Both the position numbers and the translations under genes were made by a program. From IMG/VR virus record IMGVR_UViG_3300044981_000214: a stretch of DNA of 64,000 nucleotides. One strand, written 5' to 3'. The DNA comes from a virus (lineage: Duplodnaviria > Caudoviricetes). Position 1 is the first letter of the stretch; each line of letters starts with the position of its first letter. Below the pieces are notes generated by a model. It was not told the origin of the DNA and did not search any database. It worked only from the letters and a program-made list of their open reading frames with translations. Shown here one piece after another: positions 1 to 9,842 of the stretch.

Positions 1-102
1 CATCGAGAAGCCGTAGGACCTCACAGGCAAGCAACCTAGCATCAGGGCGTTCTTGTGACATAGCAGCGCACTTCTGTGCGTAGGCACGAAGCTCGTCGTT
101 AG

Positions 103-270
103 TCATGGCTTATTGGCTGTTTCTGCGCGTTCTGCCCTACGCTTACGCCTCTCAGCTGCCTTTTGCATAAGCTCAAGACCGTAGCTAGGCCGCTTGTGCT
201 TAGTCCGTCGCCGCGTAGGCATTGGCTGAGTTCCCCTAGGGGTATTAGTACCGCTGGATGAAGTAGTCAT
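103..270 (-). CDS. small basic hypothetical protein (55 aa)
   Basis: Manually translated MTTSSSG...MPTRRRTKHKR...; below ORF-track cutoff; abuts neighbouring genes. Confidence 0.5.
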   Translation of the reverse strand: MTTSSSGTNTPRGTQPMPTRRRTKHKRPSYGLELMQKAAERRKRRAERAETANKP

Positions 271-271
271 G

Positions 272-574
272 TTATGGCTTTTCTTGTATGGCTGGGGCCA
301 ACTTCGCGAAACATTGTTCAGCCATAGCTAGCCAGGCATGAATCTGAATCTCGTAGGTTATTAGCGCTTCCAAATCGTGTCTTGTTACGACGATTTGCTG
401 CCGTTCCATGTCGGGCCAGCCCGCTATTGTCACTTCAGCAGGCAAGCCTGGTAGCTGACACGACGGCTTTGGATTCGTAGGCCATGCGACAACAGCTACA
501 GGGAGAACTTCGGCTCCGTGATGGCAGCCAATAAGAGTGAATACTATCAGGCTTAGGATCGTTTTCATTTTCAT
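272..574 (-). CDS. lipoprotein, possibly o-spanin (Rz1-like)
   Basis: MKMKTILSLIVFTLIG-C lipobox, Pro-rich segment, two further Cys; start moved to 574. Confidence 0.5.
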   Translation of the reverse strand: MKMKTILSLIVFTLIGCHHGAEVLPVAVVAWPTNPKPSCQLPGLPAEVTIAGWPDMERQQIVVTRHDLEALITYEIQIHAWLAMAEQCFAKLAPAIQEKP

Positions 575-576
575 TA

Positions 577-810
577 TCAACTGCCTGGAATAGCCATAAG
601 CAGGACGCCGATCATAGCTAAGATCGTCGCAGTGTAAAACATCCATTGTACGGGTGTCATCCTAATATCTTCCTCGTGGCGAAACCTAACTACTCCACCC
701 CACGCTACCAAGAAAATTAGAACAGGCCAGGCACGCCAATGGGTGCCAATAACAGAAATACCTGCGCCGATTGTTAACAGGTAGGTCATCAGGAAAGCTT
801 GCTCGTTCAC
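577..810 (-). CDS. small multi-pass membrane protein (holin-like topology)
   Basis: 77 aa with three hydrophobic segments. Confidence 0.45.
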   Translation of the reverse strand: MNEQAFLMTYLLTIGAGISVIGTHWRAWPVLIFLVAWGGVVRFRHEEDIRMTPVQWMFYTATILAMIGVLLMAIPGS

Positions 811-811
811 T

Positions 812-1096
812 TTATGTCCTCAAGGTAAATACACGTTCAAATCGCTTGACCATCGTACCATTCTTGGTCACATAGCCACCGAAAACGTCCAAGGTTCGCG
901 TCCAAACTATAGCATTTACATCGTTAGCATCACGATAACTGACCAGCGGTACCAGATCCGGCTCGTTCAGACTTATTTCTTTGATTCTGTAGATCGTGCC
1001 TGTTTTGAAATGCTTGTAGTCTTGGCCAGGGAAAACGTTGTGCATGTAGAAAGCCTGCAAAGCAAGCTTAACACCGTCATCGTCGTCGTCATGCAT
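812..1096 (-). CDS. DUF1653-family protein
   Basis: YKHFKTGTIYRI...LVSYR...VWTRTLDVF...KRFERV pattern. Confidence 0.75.
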   Translation of the reverse strand: MHDDDDDGVKLALQAFYMHNVFPGQDYKHFKTGTIYRIKEISLNEPDLVPLVSYRDANDVNAIVWTRTLDVFGGYVTKNGTMVKRFERVFTLRT

Positions 1097-1793
1097 TTAG
1101 TCCTCCGTCAACATCCATCACGCTAGCATCTACTAGTACACCGACATCAGTGAGCAATGCAATAGCTTTAGCACTTGCATCAGGCTCGAAACCTTCAAGG
1201 GCAAACAACGCTTCAGCGGCTTCATGTAGCTCAAGTGCGGTCTTATGGGCCCATGTCCGTGCCCGTTGTTGTCTGGGATCACCGTCAGTCTCTATGCAGG
1301 GGTTCAATACGTTCCAGCTTAGATCAGCGTCCCTGACTCGCCAATATAAAGCCATTTCTAACAGTTTAACCGGGGCTATGTTGAAAATAGCTTCCTTCAG
1401 GACACGATATAGTACTCCTGGAGCTGTTCCACTGCCGATAACTGGGATCGGTGTACCTGCTGCGACCTTTTCTATAAAGGTTAAAATCGGTCTAAGCATA
1501 GACGCTTCTCCGTATCCCGCAGCGGTCACTTTAGCGTCCCAGAATAGTTTGGTACGTAGATCATCGGTAGCGATATTGAGGTTGTGGCTCAAGTAGCTAT
1601 CAATCATGTCGTATACAGCTTTACCCGTAGGAGGACGGACAAATACCACTGCTACATCTCGACATAGTGCACAGGCAAATCGAGGTTCCGTCCATGCCCA
1701 GCCAAAGCATATATCTTCGAGTAGGTCACGGGAGATCTCCCGGATACGCTCTCTGCCTCGCTCAAAGCCCTGTAGTACTTTGCCTGAACTCAT
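1089..1793 (-). CDS. hypothetical protein
   Basis: 234 aa ORF coupled to neighbours. Confidence 0.6.
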   Translation of the reverse strand: MSSGKVLQGFERGRERIREISRDLLEDICFGWAWTEPRFACALCRDVAVVFVRPPTGKAVYDMIDSYLSHNLNIATDDLRTKLFWDAKVTAAGYGEASMLRPILTFIEKVAAGTPIPVIGSGTAPGVLYRVLKEAIFNIAPVKLLEMALYWRVRDADLSWNVLNPCIETDGDPRQQRARTWAHKTALELHEAAEALFALEGFEPDASAKAIALLTDVGVLVDASVMDVDGGLNA

Positions 1794-2268
1794 TTGGGTC
1801 GATTCTCGTCATGGCACGATTGACTTGCTGAGCATACCTGACCGTGTTGGAGGTCCCGCCGATTGTACCGTCCCAACAAGCCAACAGATGCTCGATTCGA
1901 TCAACGACAAACTGATTCCTGATGTGCATTTTCTCGCGTGCGTAGCCGCCTTCGCTAACGATGATCACTTCAAAGGCACGGTTTAGTAGCTCACGATATC
2001 GTTTTTGTGAGTGCTCGGGCCAGTCTGCCTCTTGCCCCGCAAATGGAACTGCCGCAATGAACGGTATGTTCAGTTCGATGCAAACACGGGCGAAGTCTTG
2101 ATCATAGCCTAGAGCCATACCTGAGTAGGCTTGAGTAGTATTTAGGCTAATGAGCGTATTGGCTGTACGGTGTCGTATCCAACTTCGTAAAGGATTGTCT
2201 TCTAGATAGCCTGACCAGTTTGGGCAAGAAAGTTTATCTGGTCGATGCCCAGCGGCACCTACAATCAT
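1762..2268 (-). CDS. SLOG superfamily, YspA/DUF1273-like protein
   Basis: GHRPDKL, SGMALGYDQ, AAVPFAGQE, RNQFVVD, WDGTIGGTSNTV motifs. Confidence 0.85.
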   Translation of the reverse strand: MIVGAAGHRPDKLSCPNWSGYLEDNPLRSWIRHRTANTLISLNTTQAYSGMALGYDQDFARVCIELNIPFIAAVPFAGQEADWPEHSQKRYRELLNRAFEVIIVSEGGYAREKMHIRNQFVVDRIEHLLACWDGTIGGTSNTVRYAQQVNRAMTRIDPNEFRQSTTGL

Positions 2269-2468
2269 TTGCGATTTCTTTCGAGCGCCAGCGTCAAAAT
2301 TCTTTGTGCTCGTTCAATCATTGATTGCGCGCCTGATACACCGTGAATGGCGTCCATGTCAACCATCCCACGTGCACTATGAATCCATTCTGAAGCAATT
2401 TCTAATAAGCGATCCAGGGAATGCTTTTGGAAGTATTCACGATCTTCTTCAAGGGAAAAATTGTTCAT
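2265..2468 (-). CDS. hypothetical protein
   Basis: Overlapping start/stop coupling in minus-strand run. Confidence 0.55.
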   Translation of the reverse strand: MNNFSLEEDREYFQKHSLDRLLEIASEWIHSARGMVDMDAIHGVSGAQSMIERAQRILTLALERNRK

Positions 2469-2839
2469 TTACCGATAGCCTTTAACACAGCCGCGATAGC
2501 ATCGAGAACTTCATCAGCAGAAGGCATGGATGGAATAGCTGAATCGGTGTTGGCCAACGCAACGATTTTATCCATTATTCGTGGATCTACCGTTGGGCGG
2601 CTTGTTTCTCCTGGAATACCGTATTGAACTCCATTATGGAGGCTATACTTATCGCATTCACTGCTGCAGTACACTCGGGCTGGACCGCCTTTAGTTGTAT
2701 TTTTATGTACCCGCCACGGCTCAGGTAGCGTGTGCCAGTGGATCTTGGGTTCATCCCAATAAGACGTCAATTCACCTGTGCAAGAAATAGCTTTACTGCA
2801 GGTATCACAAATAAGTGTCCCGTGAATTAAGGCAGGCAT
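2465..2839 (-). CDS. hypothetical protein, possible Zn-binding
   Basis: CDTC and CSSEC motifs. Confidence 0.55.
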   Translation of the reverse strand: MPALIHGTLICDTCSKAISCTGELTSYWDEPKIHWHTLPEPWRVHKNTTKGGPARVYCSSECDKYSLHNGVQYGIPGETSRPTVDPRIMDKIVALANTDSAIPSMPSADEVLDAIAAVLKAIGK

Positions 2840-3283
2840 TTATTTTCTTGGATAGCTAATGTGGCGAAGCCTCGCTGTCTCATAGTCCATCGGGCCTTCA
2901 CAATCGATCATCCACGAACGCTTAGGTTCGTTTACTAGGAACTCAGCGGTGGACTCACTTATCCGTTCGATAGACTGAACGATGTCCTTGATAACGTGAA
3001 TCTTGAAGTCAACAGACAGAGGGCAGAGATTGCCTGTATCTGCTTGCACGAACGCAGGGCAACGTTCACAAACACACCCGATGCGAATATAGTCGGTTGT
3101 GGGGCTGGTCGATGGCGGTACATCTAGACATCCGTTCGCATAGCTGAGCTTACCGTCTTCTATGATCACAAAGCCGAGGACGCATTTGAAGTCCTTGGTC
3201 TGAAATTCCATATTGCTAAGGTCGTGGCCTTCCGAACAGACGAACCTTGGATCGCTCACTCTAACGTAATCGAACATGCCCAT
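2840..3283 (-). CDS. hypothetical phage protein
   Basis: MGMFDYV...C...FQTKDF.C pattern typical of small phage ORFs. Confidence 0.6.
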   Translation of the reverse strand: MGMFDYVRVSDPRFVCSEGHDLSNMEFQTKDFKCVLGFVIIEDGKLSYANGCLDVPPSTSPTTDYIRIGCVCERCPAFVQADTGNLCPLSVDFKIHVIKDIVQSIERISESTAEFLVNEPKRSWMIDCEGPMDYETARLRHISYPRK

Positions 3284-3297
3284 AAATTTGTGCCTTG

Positions 3298-3693
3298 TTA
3301 GCCTTGGCTAAGTCTACGCCACTCAAGCCAACGTTTGTGCAACGTTGAGCCGTCCTGTATAGGGCTGCCCAAGAACGCGCACACCTCGTCAATTGCTTCA
3401 CCTGCATCTCTTAACGCGGCACGAAGTTTTACTACCTCGGTGAGCATCCCTGGAGCGCTGTTCAATAGTTCAGCTATCGCTTCAGCTACAGGCTGGTCAA
3501 TGTCGCTTGAGATTGTGACACATTCATCATCGTGTAATTCAGAACCTGATGGGATATAGACTAGGCGGTCCTCGATGTCCACGAAGTCGGCAACGTTACC
3601 GACTCCACGATCTTCTGTATGCGCTGGATCGAACACGAAACGGCCATTAAAGCCATCACACAACTTACGCGCCTGTTTGATGTCGAAGCTCAT
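3298..3693 (-). CDS. hypothetical protein
   Basis: 131 aa ORF in operon. Confidence 0.55.
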   Translation of the reverse strand: MSFDIKQARKLCDGFNGRFVFDPAHTEDRGVGNVADFVDIEDRLVYIPSGSELHDDECVTISSDIDQPVAEAIAELLNSAPGMLTEVVKLRAALRDAGEAIDEVCAFLGSPIQDGSTLHKRWLEWRRLSQG

Positions 3694-3937
3694 TTATTTC
3701 TCAACTAAGAACTGTAGATAATCGCAGCAAGCCAACCTGACTGCCACGCTATAGACTTAGGGTATGTTCCGCGTTCACGATTGTCTCCGCAACGCATAAA
3801 GCCGACTAACTCCTCAATGATCATATCATGATGGCCTTCATGAAGCATTCGCGCCGCGATTGACGCTGCACGCTTCTCGATTCGGACAGCGTCTCGGAGT
3901 CTCATAAAAACCGTTTTTGAGAGGCTATTAGCATGTC

Positions 3938-4156
3938 CTAATATGTATTGTGCTCGCCTTCGAGAGCATCTAGACAAGCTTGAATAAGTGCACGTAGTCT
4001 ATTTCTAGACACAACCAGAACAGGTTCGGCACCTTGATCGGTATAGATTACAACTTCGCCGCATTGATCATACCCATGCCACTCTCCACTGTGTTTCTTG
4101 GTCGTGCCTCGGGCGGTGAAGGCCGTAGCGGTATGTTCCTTACTCTTGGGCAGCAT
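3938..4156 (-). CDS. hypothetical protein
   Basis: ORF in operon. Confidence 0.5.
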   Translation of the reverse strand: MLPKSKEHTATAFTARGTTKKHSGEWHGYDQCGEVVIYTDQGAEPVLVVSRNRLRALIQACLDALEGEHNTY

Positions 4157-4158
4157 CT

Positions 4159-4395
4159 TTACGGTACGACTTTGTAGATTGGAGAAGCATCCTCGGAGAC
4201 AGACAAAGTCAAGTCATCGACTAGGTTCCAATCTTGGATAACTTGGGTTGCACCCCCGCACTCTGCAATAACCTTTAACACGTCGTCAACGGTAGGGTTC
4301 TCGGGGGCGTCGTTATCCGGCCAGATCTCGTCGACAGTCAAATCGACATGAGTCTCAATCGAAAAACAGAATTTCTTGTTGCTGGTGTTAGTCAT
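4159..4395 (-). CDS. hypothetical acidic protein
   Basis: ORF in operon. Confidence 0.55.
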   Translation of the reverse strand: MTNTSNKKFCFSIETHVDLTVDEIWPDNDAPENPTVDDVLKVIAECGGATQVIQDWNLVDDLTLSVSEDASPIYKVVP

Positions 4396-4397
4396 AG

Positions 4398-4697
4398 CTA
4401 CTCGCGTTCCATATCACACATTTCTTTATAGCGCCGTTCTGCCTCATCACGCGTCAAACCCGGATACGGTCCCGTCCATAGACGGAACTCTTTCTCCATC
4501 ACCTGTGCGCATTCTAGAGCCTCGATGATTTGGACATCGGTTTCTACGTTCTTGCCGAGACGTAGTCGTTCGGCAACCCAAGCGCGAATGGCTACTGGTG
4601 CGGCTGCGTCTCTGCTAAGCAGCACGAACACCATCTCCTTGTCATGTGCATGTTGCATGCAAGTATGTTCTTTGGTCAATTCATCTTTCTTGCGCAT
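4398..4697 (-). CDS. hypothetical phage protein
   Basis: EMVFVLLSRDAAAP.AIRAW motif seen in small phage proteins. Confidence 0.6.
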   Translation of the reverse strand: MRKKDELTKEHTCMQHAHDKEMVFVLLSRDAAAPVAIRAWVAERLRLGKNVETDVQIIEALECAQVMEKEFRLWTGPYPGLTRDEAERRYKEMCDMERE

Positions 4698-4986
4698 TAA
4701 TAGTCTCCAATGTTGTCGATTGACAGCCTAGGCTAGATGCCTTGGCAAAAGCAAGCGAGCGAGGGCAGTCGCCGTAAATTTCACAGCTGCAGTCACTCAC
4801 CCAAGCGGCAGAATGGCCTGTCTTGTATACGCCTAGCCATGCCACGCGGGGCTTCAACTGTTTGCGCTCTTTGTTTGTTAACACGTGCCACCGGCCTGCA
4901 GGGTCCATTTGTAGCAGTAGAAAGCAGCGTGCAGCTTTCTTAGGGGGCAGGCAGCGAGGATGATTTATCATGATCTTCGTGTAAAT

Positions 4987-5343
4987 TCAAAAAGGTCCGA
5001 CTACTTCAATAGGTGCGCGGTCGCGAGGGATAAGTGATACCACTAGATCGTAGTCCTCTGGGAGTGGAAGAAGTCCCATTAATGACTGTAGCGCAGTCTT
5101 ATACAGGCCTAGATCTGGCGTTGTTCCTGCCCATTGTTCTAGCCGCTGTAACGTGTCACGTGCAATTACCTCTAAAGGGGTCAAGCGTAATCCCTTGATC
5201 TCTTCTTGCAACCTATCAATGTCTTCAAATGTATACTTTAATGCTTGCTTAAGCTCGTGCTTGTGCATCGTCTCGACTAGAGACGATCTGGCAGCTTCAA
5301 GTAGTGCACGGCGGTCATCTGGCGCTGCTGTCATAAAATTCAA
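4987..5343 (-). CDS. hypothetical protein
   Basis: Coupled to primase stop. Confidence 0.55.
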   Translation of the reverse strand: MNFMTAAPDDRRALLEAARSSLVETMHKHELKQALKYTFEDIDRLQEEIKGLRLTPLEVIARDTLQRLEQWAGTTPDLGLYKTALQSLMGLLPLPEDYDLVVSLIPRDRAPIEVVGPF

Positions 5344-6416
5344 TAGCCCTCTGGCGGTTTGGCATTGCTATCTGCCCAGATTTGTTTTCGTAACGCTTCA
5401 CGTTCTTCTTCAGTCGGTTCCCGTTTGGGGTCCAGGTATCGATCGGCAGCAGCGATGATGGCATCGACGATCGGTCCACCGATGTTTGACATCTTATAGC
5501 GCCAAGGGACGTTCTGTATATCATTTTCTGCGCTATGACATTTGTGCTGCAGCTCGACCTCAGACCATGGAGGGATGCAGGTCGGATTGTACTCTGACAA
5601 CAATAACTCCATGGCTTGATCCTCGTAGAGGCACCAGCCACGGATAAGCAGCAGCACAGCGTGAAGACAGTCGGCCGAGCCATTCATGCCTTGAATCGCG
5701 GGACGGCCTTCAGCCTTCAAATCTTTCTTAGCCAACTTGACCCGCTGATCAAGCGTGTAGGGTAGGTCTTCTTCATGAGGTCGATTAGCACTAGGGTCAG
5801 ATGAAGCGGCCTTACGCGCCTTTACTGACACAGCGATCTTGTATAGCCAATCCGGCATTGTGGCTATAGGGGCGTTGGGATCGTGCCAGCTATAGTTTTG
5901 TCCTGAGCTGTGCTTACTTGGCGCAAACACTGCCAAGCCTCCGTTGGCGCGAATGTCTATGCCAGGAGCAAGGCGTGCGCGGTTACGAATACGATCAACC
6001 TGAATATCATCGACAGTGAAGAAATAATGCTGGCCGCTATCGATACGGCCAGTCGATTGTGTAAGCGTGAGGGGCAAAGGACTGTATTTCTCTTCTAGAT
6101 TGGCTAGTGATTCGCGCCCGGTCGGACCGTCAACGTCGACACAGATCAAATTCCCTGACGGAGCCCCCATCAATACACCAACGTTGCTCATCGGCTTCAG
6201 GCGCCACCACATCTGAATCATCTCAGGGTCTGTTGAAGCTATTTCTCTCCACTTGAAGAAAAACGGGTGTTTTCCAATAGTTGTGCATTCAGTCTTTTTA
6301 TGACACGAGCAGCTAGGTATTTCGCTGAACGGCCGAAGGTTATGTAACGGTATTACCTTCCAGCCACGTTTCGCATAGCTGAGCGCTGCAAGAGCTAGAG
6401 GATTAAGAGCTGCCAT
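5340..6416 (-). CDS. bifunctional DNA primase/polymerase (Prim-Pol, AEP superfamily) with C-terminal PriCT-like helical domain
   Basis: ALSYAKRGWKVIPL, CSC..C..GKHP, NVGV, CVDVDG, TGR..GQHYFF, GIDIRANGG...APSKHSSG.Y.W; YNPTCIPPWSEVEL. Confidence 0.9.
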   Translation of the reverse strand: MAALNPLALAALSYAKRGWKVIPLHNLRPFSEIPSCSCHKKTECTTIGKHPFFFKWREIASTDPEMIQMWWRLKPMSNVGVLMGAPSGNLICVDVDGPTGRESLANLEEKYSPLPLTLTQSTGRIDSGQHYFFTVDDIQVDRIRNRARLAPGIDIRANGGLAVFAPSKHSSGQNYSWHDPNAPIATMPDWLYKIAVSVKARKAASSDPSANRPHEEDLPYTLDQRVKLAKKDLKAEGRPAIQGMNGSADCLHAVLLLIRGWCLYEDQAMELLLSEYNPTCIPPWSEVELQHKCHSAENDIQNVPWRYKMSNIGGPIVDAIIAAADRYLDPKREPTEEEREALRKQIWADSNAKPPEGY

Positions 6417-6765
6417 TTTCGATAAATGCTATTACGTGAGGCGCTTCTGCCCGAACATTAGCAAGGAACTTCTCACCGAATTTAGAGATTTGTATCGGGT
6501 ATAAGCGCCAATAGTCATCGGACTGCGGCTTAGGGCCTGAGTAGGTTATGAAGCCGATCATAGCAAACGTATTAAGTACACCAAAAATAGTCGTTCCGAC
6601 CCAGCCGACAAAATCTACTCCAGGGCGCTCTTTCTGTAGTTTCTTGATCTTATCATCTACACGGTGGATCAGTTGCTCTCCATTTAAAGTCAATTCTTCT
6701 TGAAGTGTTAGTAACACTAGCGATTTAATCGCTAGGCCCTTATCGTAGGTATCCATGATCGTCAT
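6403..6765 (-). CDS. hypothetical protein, possible winged-helix
   Basis: LNTFAMIGFITY...ISKFGEKFL wing-like C-terminus. Confidence 0.45.
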   Translation of the reverse strand: MTIMDTYDKGLAIKSLVLLTLQEELTLNGEQLIHRVDDKIKKLQKERPGVDFVGWVGTTIFGVLNTFAMIGFITYSGPKPQSDDYWRLYPIQISKFGEKFLANVRAEAPHVIAFIENGSS

Positions 6766-6775
6766 TTTGGTTCCT

Positions 6776-7021
6776 CTAATTAGCGTGCGACAAAATCAAC
6801 TTGTACCCAACCTCCATCACAGCGTGACCTAGCTCGACTTCTACGGATCGTACGTGATTGGTTGCCCGCGCTCTACAGTTATTCTGGTCGATGCAGTTGG
6901 CTACGAACGTCCAGTTGCTGACAGTGGTAGTGTAAACACCCGGTGCTTCCTGTCGCCATGCACGGGCTGTACGGAACGCGTCAGCAAGTTCTCGCAGCTC
7001 TTCTGGCGAAATGCGTCTCAT
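6776..7021 (-). CDS. hypothetical protein
   Basis: ORF in operon. Confidence 0.5.
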   Translation of the reverse strand: MRRISPEELRELADAFRTARAWRQEAPGVYTTTVSNWTFVANCIDQNNCRARATNHVRSVEVELGHAVMEVGYKLILSHAN

Positions 7022-7488
7022 TGCGGCCCATAGAGCTTTACAAGCAAACCGGGCAACGGTTGTAGTGCATCGACAATCATCGGCCTGACGTTAGCCCAGT
7101 TGAGACCGCCGTTCTTGCAACCGAGTGCAGGCACAGCGATAGACTCGATACGGACGAGCTTGATGCATCTTACTAAGTCAACCAGACCGTCCCTTATCCA
7201 GTGGATTTGGCTTGGGTTACGCCAATGGTTCTTGGTTGGGAAGTTAAGAATATATCGAGGTTTAGTTAACCAGCGGTCATGAACCTTAAGGTAGTGAAAG
7301 AAAATATGTCCAAGCTTAACCTCGCCGTCTAGGCACGCTCTGACATAGTCTTTATAGTTTTCCGGGTATCGGTACTTGAAAGCTAGTGCTAGGCCCTTGC
7401 CCATCACACCTACACAGTTTACCGTGTTGACCAATGCGTCGGTGTCTGCTTCTAATAAGTCGCCTGCGCAGTCCTCGATCGTGGCCAT
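7018..7488 (-). CDS. macrodomain ADP-ribose hydrolase (DarG N-terminal-like)
   Basis: GDLL..DALVNTVNCVGVMGKGLA..FK..YP, ILNFPTKNHWR, SIAVPALGCKNGGLNW. Confidence 0.9.
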   Translation of the reverse strand: MATIEDCAGDLLEADTDALVNTVNCVGVMGKGLALAFKYRYPENYKDYVRACLDGEVKLGHIFFHYLKVHDRWLTKPRYILNFPTKNHWRNPSQIHWIRDGLVDLVRCIKLVRIESIAVPALGCKNGGLNWANVRPMIVDALQPLPGLLVKLYGPQ

Positions 7489-7490
7489 AC

Positions 7491-7733
7491 TTACGTTGTC
7501 CGCGGGAGAATTTCTGCAGCGATCAATTGCTGTTCAGCGTGGTCGGCAAGTCTACGCAAGTTGCGCAAGGCCATTCTAGCGACGTCTTCACGTGATGTTT
7601 GGCCCCAAGCACTTACGATAAGCTTTGGGTTGCCCTCGTTGGTCTCGCCTTCGTAGATATTGACACGATGACCAATCTTACCGTCATCACTGATGCTTGT
7701 CTTACATTCAACCGCTACAGCCTTTGTGTTCAT
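7491..7733 (-). CDS. hypothetical protein
   Basis: Start moved to MNTKAV, after a GGAG RBS at the thyX stop. Confidence 0.55.
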   Translation of the reverse strand: MNTKAVAVECKTSISDDGKIGHRVNIYEGETNEGNPKLIVSAWGQTSREDVARMALRNLRRLADHAEQQLIAAEILPRTT

Positions 7734-7734
7734 C

Positions 7735-9120
7735 TTATTTCTCCGTAATTGTTTGAAGTCCGCGTCTAATATCCCAGTCGTCTGGGTCCATGTCAACGTG
7801 TAGCCTCACATGATCGCTAGAATAAAACAGTTTGAACTGTTTGATCATGGCATGAATTTTTTGTCGCAACGTTGGGTGAATCATTTTGCCTGATCGAAGC
7901 TCCAAGACGTATACCAAGGCGGGCAAGGAGTAAGTTACTTGAACCGGCAGTTGGAACCCCATGGCTACGTAGTATTGCTGAAGATCCGCCGATTCACTGT
8001 CCATGTGCCCGTTAGCCAGATTTCTGATTCGTGGCCACTGCGAATGAATCAGCTTTACAGCGGCATCCCGCAAGCCTCCAGTGTCATCGTTGGTGGGGTC
8101 ACCGAGCTGCTCTAGATACCATTTCTCAAACCCGTATGAGGTATCTAGACGGGCCATCCTACAGACGCCGTTCCGATGGCGTTGGATATCTCTAAACGAC
8201 CCGTAGTCTAGCAAGAAAGTATATGAGTACTGGCCCAAGTCACTCAAGAAATGAGGTAGGACACAGCCACGAGGACGTGTAAGCAGGATGTCTTTGTAGC
8301 GTTCGATCTGCTTTAGTTGAACGTTAGTGACCTCGATCAAGACTTCGTCAGACTTGATAGATACTGTTGGGATCGTATAACCGTATGCCTCGCCTACCTT
8401 AGCTTCCCAAGCTTTACGGTCAGCGCGGGCCTCCGCGTCTTTATTGCTGACGCCGCTAACGTTAGCTAGTCCCTTGTCGAAGCCACTAGCCGGGTAACGC
8501 TCGTGGAGTTTGGCTGTGATGTTGGACGCTATCTGTCTGACCTCGGTCAGTGGATGCGCAGCTAGCCAATTAAGCTGGTCACCTGCTTGCCTGAGGTTAG
8601 TATGCCAGCTTAGCTGTGTCGTCATACCAGCGGGAAGAAATCCACGTAGGACGTCGAACGTGCGTGCTGTTATCGCTTTCGCGTAGGTCTCTGGTTTCTC
8701 ATCAGGGCGCTTAGGGTAGCGCTTGCACAGAATCCCACTTACCCGGTCCTGGTTGGTATTGTAGAACTCCATCCAGTCAGATAGGATGCTTCGCGATTCA
8801 GGCGTGTTTAGAGGGTCGACTATCGGTTGCTTATGAAAATCAATGTAACGGGTAGATGACTCTTGTCCGCAATATAACGGATTGTTCTGAATCGCTTTAG
8901 CGGCCAACATGCTCACGCCTTCAATGAAGATCGTGGTACTGCTTGTGTCCGCTATGGACTTGTGACCGTAATTTACGATAAAATTTTCGGTAAATCGTGT
9001 CGATCCGGTCTTCTTAACCTTTTCCAAATGATCGTCAACACTGGCGCTGCTTCGAGAGTACAGCGCTTGGAGCATAGCCGTATTTTCAGGTGTCTCGTTA
9101 TCGAGAATTTTGATTTTCAT
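7735..9120 (-). CDS. thyX: FAD-dependent thymidylate synthase, long (tandem-domain) form
   Basis: YGHKSIAD, QESSTRYIDF, FDVLRGFLP, FRDIQRHR, ELRS...HPTLR; 461 aa. Confidence 0.88.
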   Translation of the reverse strand: MKIKILDNETPENTAMLQALYSRSSASVDDHLEKVKKTGSTRFTENFIVNYGHKSIADTSSTTIFIEGVSMLAAKAIQNNPLYCGQESSTRYIDFHKQPIVDPLNTPESRSILSDWMEFYNTNQDRVSGILCKRYPKRPDEKPETYAKAITARTFDVLRGFLPAGMTTQLSWHTNLRQAGDQLNWLAAHPLTEVRQIASNITAKLHERYPASGFDKGLANVSGVSNKDAEARADRKAWEAKVGEAYGYTIPTVSIKSDEVLIEVTNVQLKQIERYKDILLTRPRGCVLPHFLSDLGQYSYTFLLDYGSFRDIQRHRNGVCRMARLDTSYGFEKWYLEQLGDPTNDDTGGLRDAAVKLIHSQWPRIRNLANGHMDSESADLQQYYVAMGFQLPVQVTYSLPALVYVLELRSGKMIHPTLRQKIHAMIKQFKLFYSSDHVRLHVDMDPDDWDIRRGLQTITEK

Positions 9121-9548
9121 AGTGTTACTCGCGGTCTTTGGTATTGAGAGTAGATCTTGTCTAAGATCTTCTCCTTAGTTGATAAGTCCGTTGGTTTAAA
9201 GGTCTTTCTCCAGATTATTCTAGGTGAGAATTCGTCTTCTTCGTAGCGCTCATACTCATTGATCCAGACTTTATGAGAATCGTCGCCAAGATATAGGTAA
9301 TCTGTTAAAAGGCACGGGACAACCTTGTAGCCCTCTAATTCGGCTGCGGTTAATCTGTGATGCCCGTCTACTAGCCTGAATAGTGGGCCGTCAGGAATTA
9401 CTTGTAAGACAGGAAGTTCATCACCGTGTCGCAAGATCGCACGTAATTGTTTAACCTTAAGCGTTCTTACATATTCAGAACGATGACCCTCAGTTCTAGT
9501 TAGTTCTTCTACAGGAATGAAAACGATCTTTTTTTCGGACCGTTTCAT
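9117..9548 (-). CDS. ParB/sulfiredoxin-like domain protein
   Basis: LPVLQV...FRLVDGHHRLTAA..EG. Confidence 0.75.
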   Translation of the reverse strand: MKRSEKKIVFIPVEELTRTEGHRSEYVRTLKVKQLRAILRHGDELPVLQVIPDGPLFRLVDGHHRLTAAELEGYKVVPCLLTDYLYLGDDSHKVWINEYERYEEDEFSPRIIWRKTFKPTDLSTKEKILDKIYSQYQRPRVTL

Positions 9549-9554
9549 ATTGAA

Positions 9555-9842
9555 CTACGCTTTCCTGACTAATCCTGCATGGAACTCCGGCACCGCTTCA
9601 ACATCAACCTGAACGTAATACGTTTCACCGTTGATTTTTACACAGACTTCTATTTCATTGAATGGATCACCGCTATCGAATGACTCAGCCGCAAACATCT
9701 CTGCAGCATCCTCAATTTGCATAGCTACATTCAATCTATCTTCAACTGTTACCTGCGTGACTTTATCGTCCTCGTCGGACTGTCCCCAATCGGGGCACCA
9801 AACGGTTGCAACAGTCTTCTTAGCGTTTGTCTCGGTATTCAT
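9555..9842 (-). CDS. hypothetical acidic protein
   Basis: ORF in operon. Confidence 0.55.
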   Translation of the reverse strand: MNTETNAKKTVATVWCPDWGQSDEDDKVTQVTVEDRLNVAMQIEDAAEMFAAESFDSGDPFNEIEVCVKINGETYYVQVDVEAVPEFHAGLVRKA

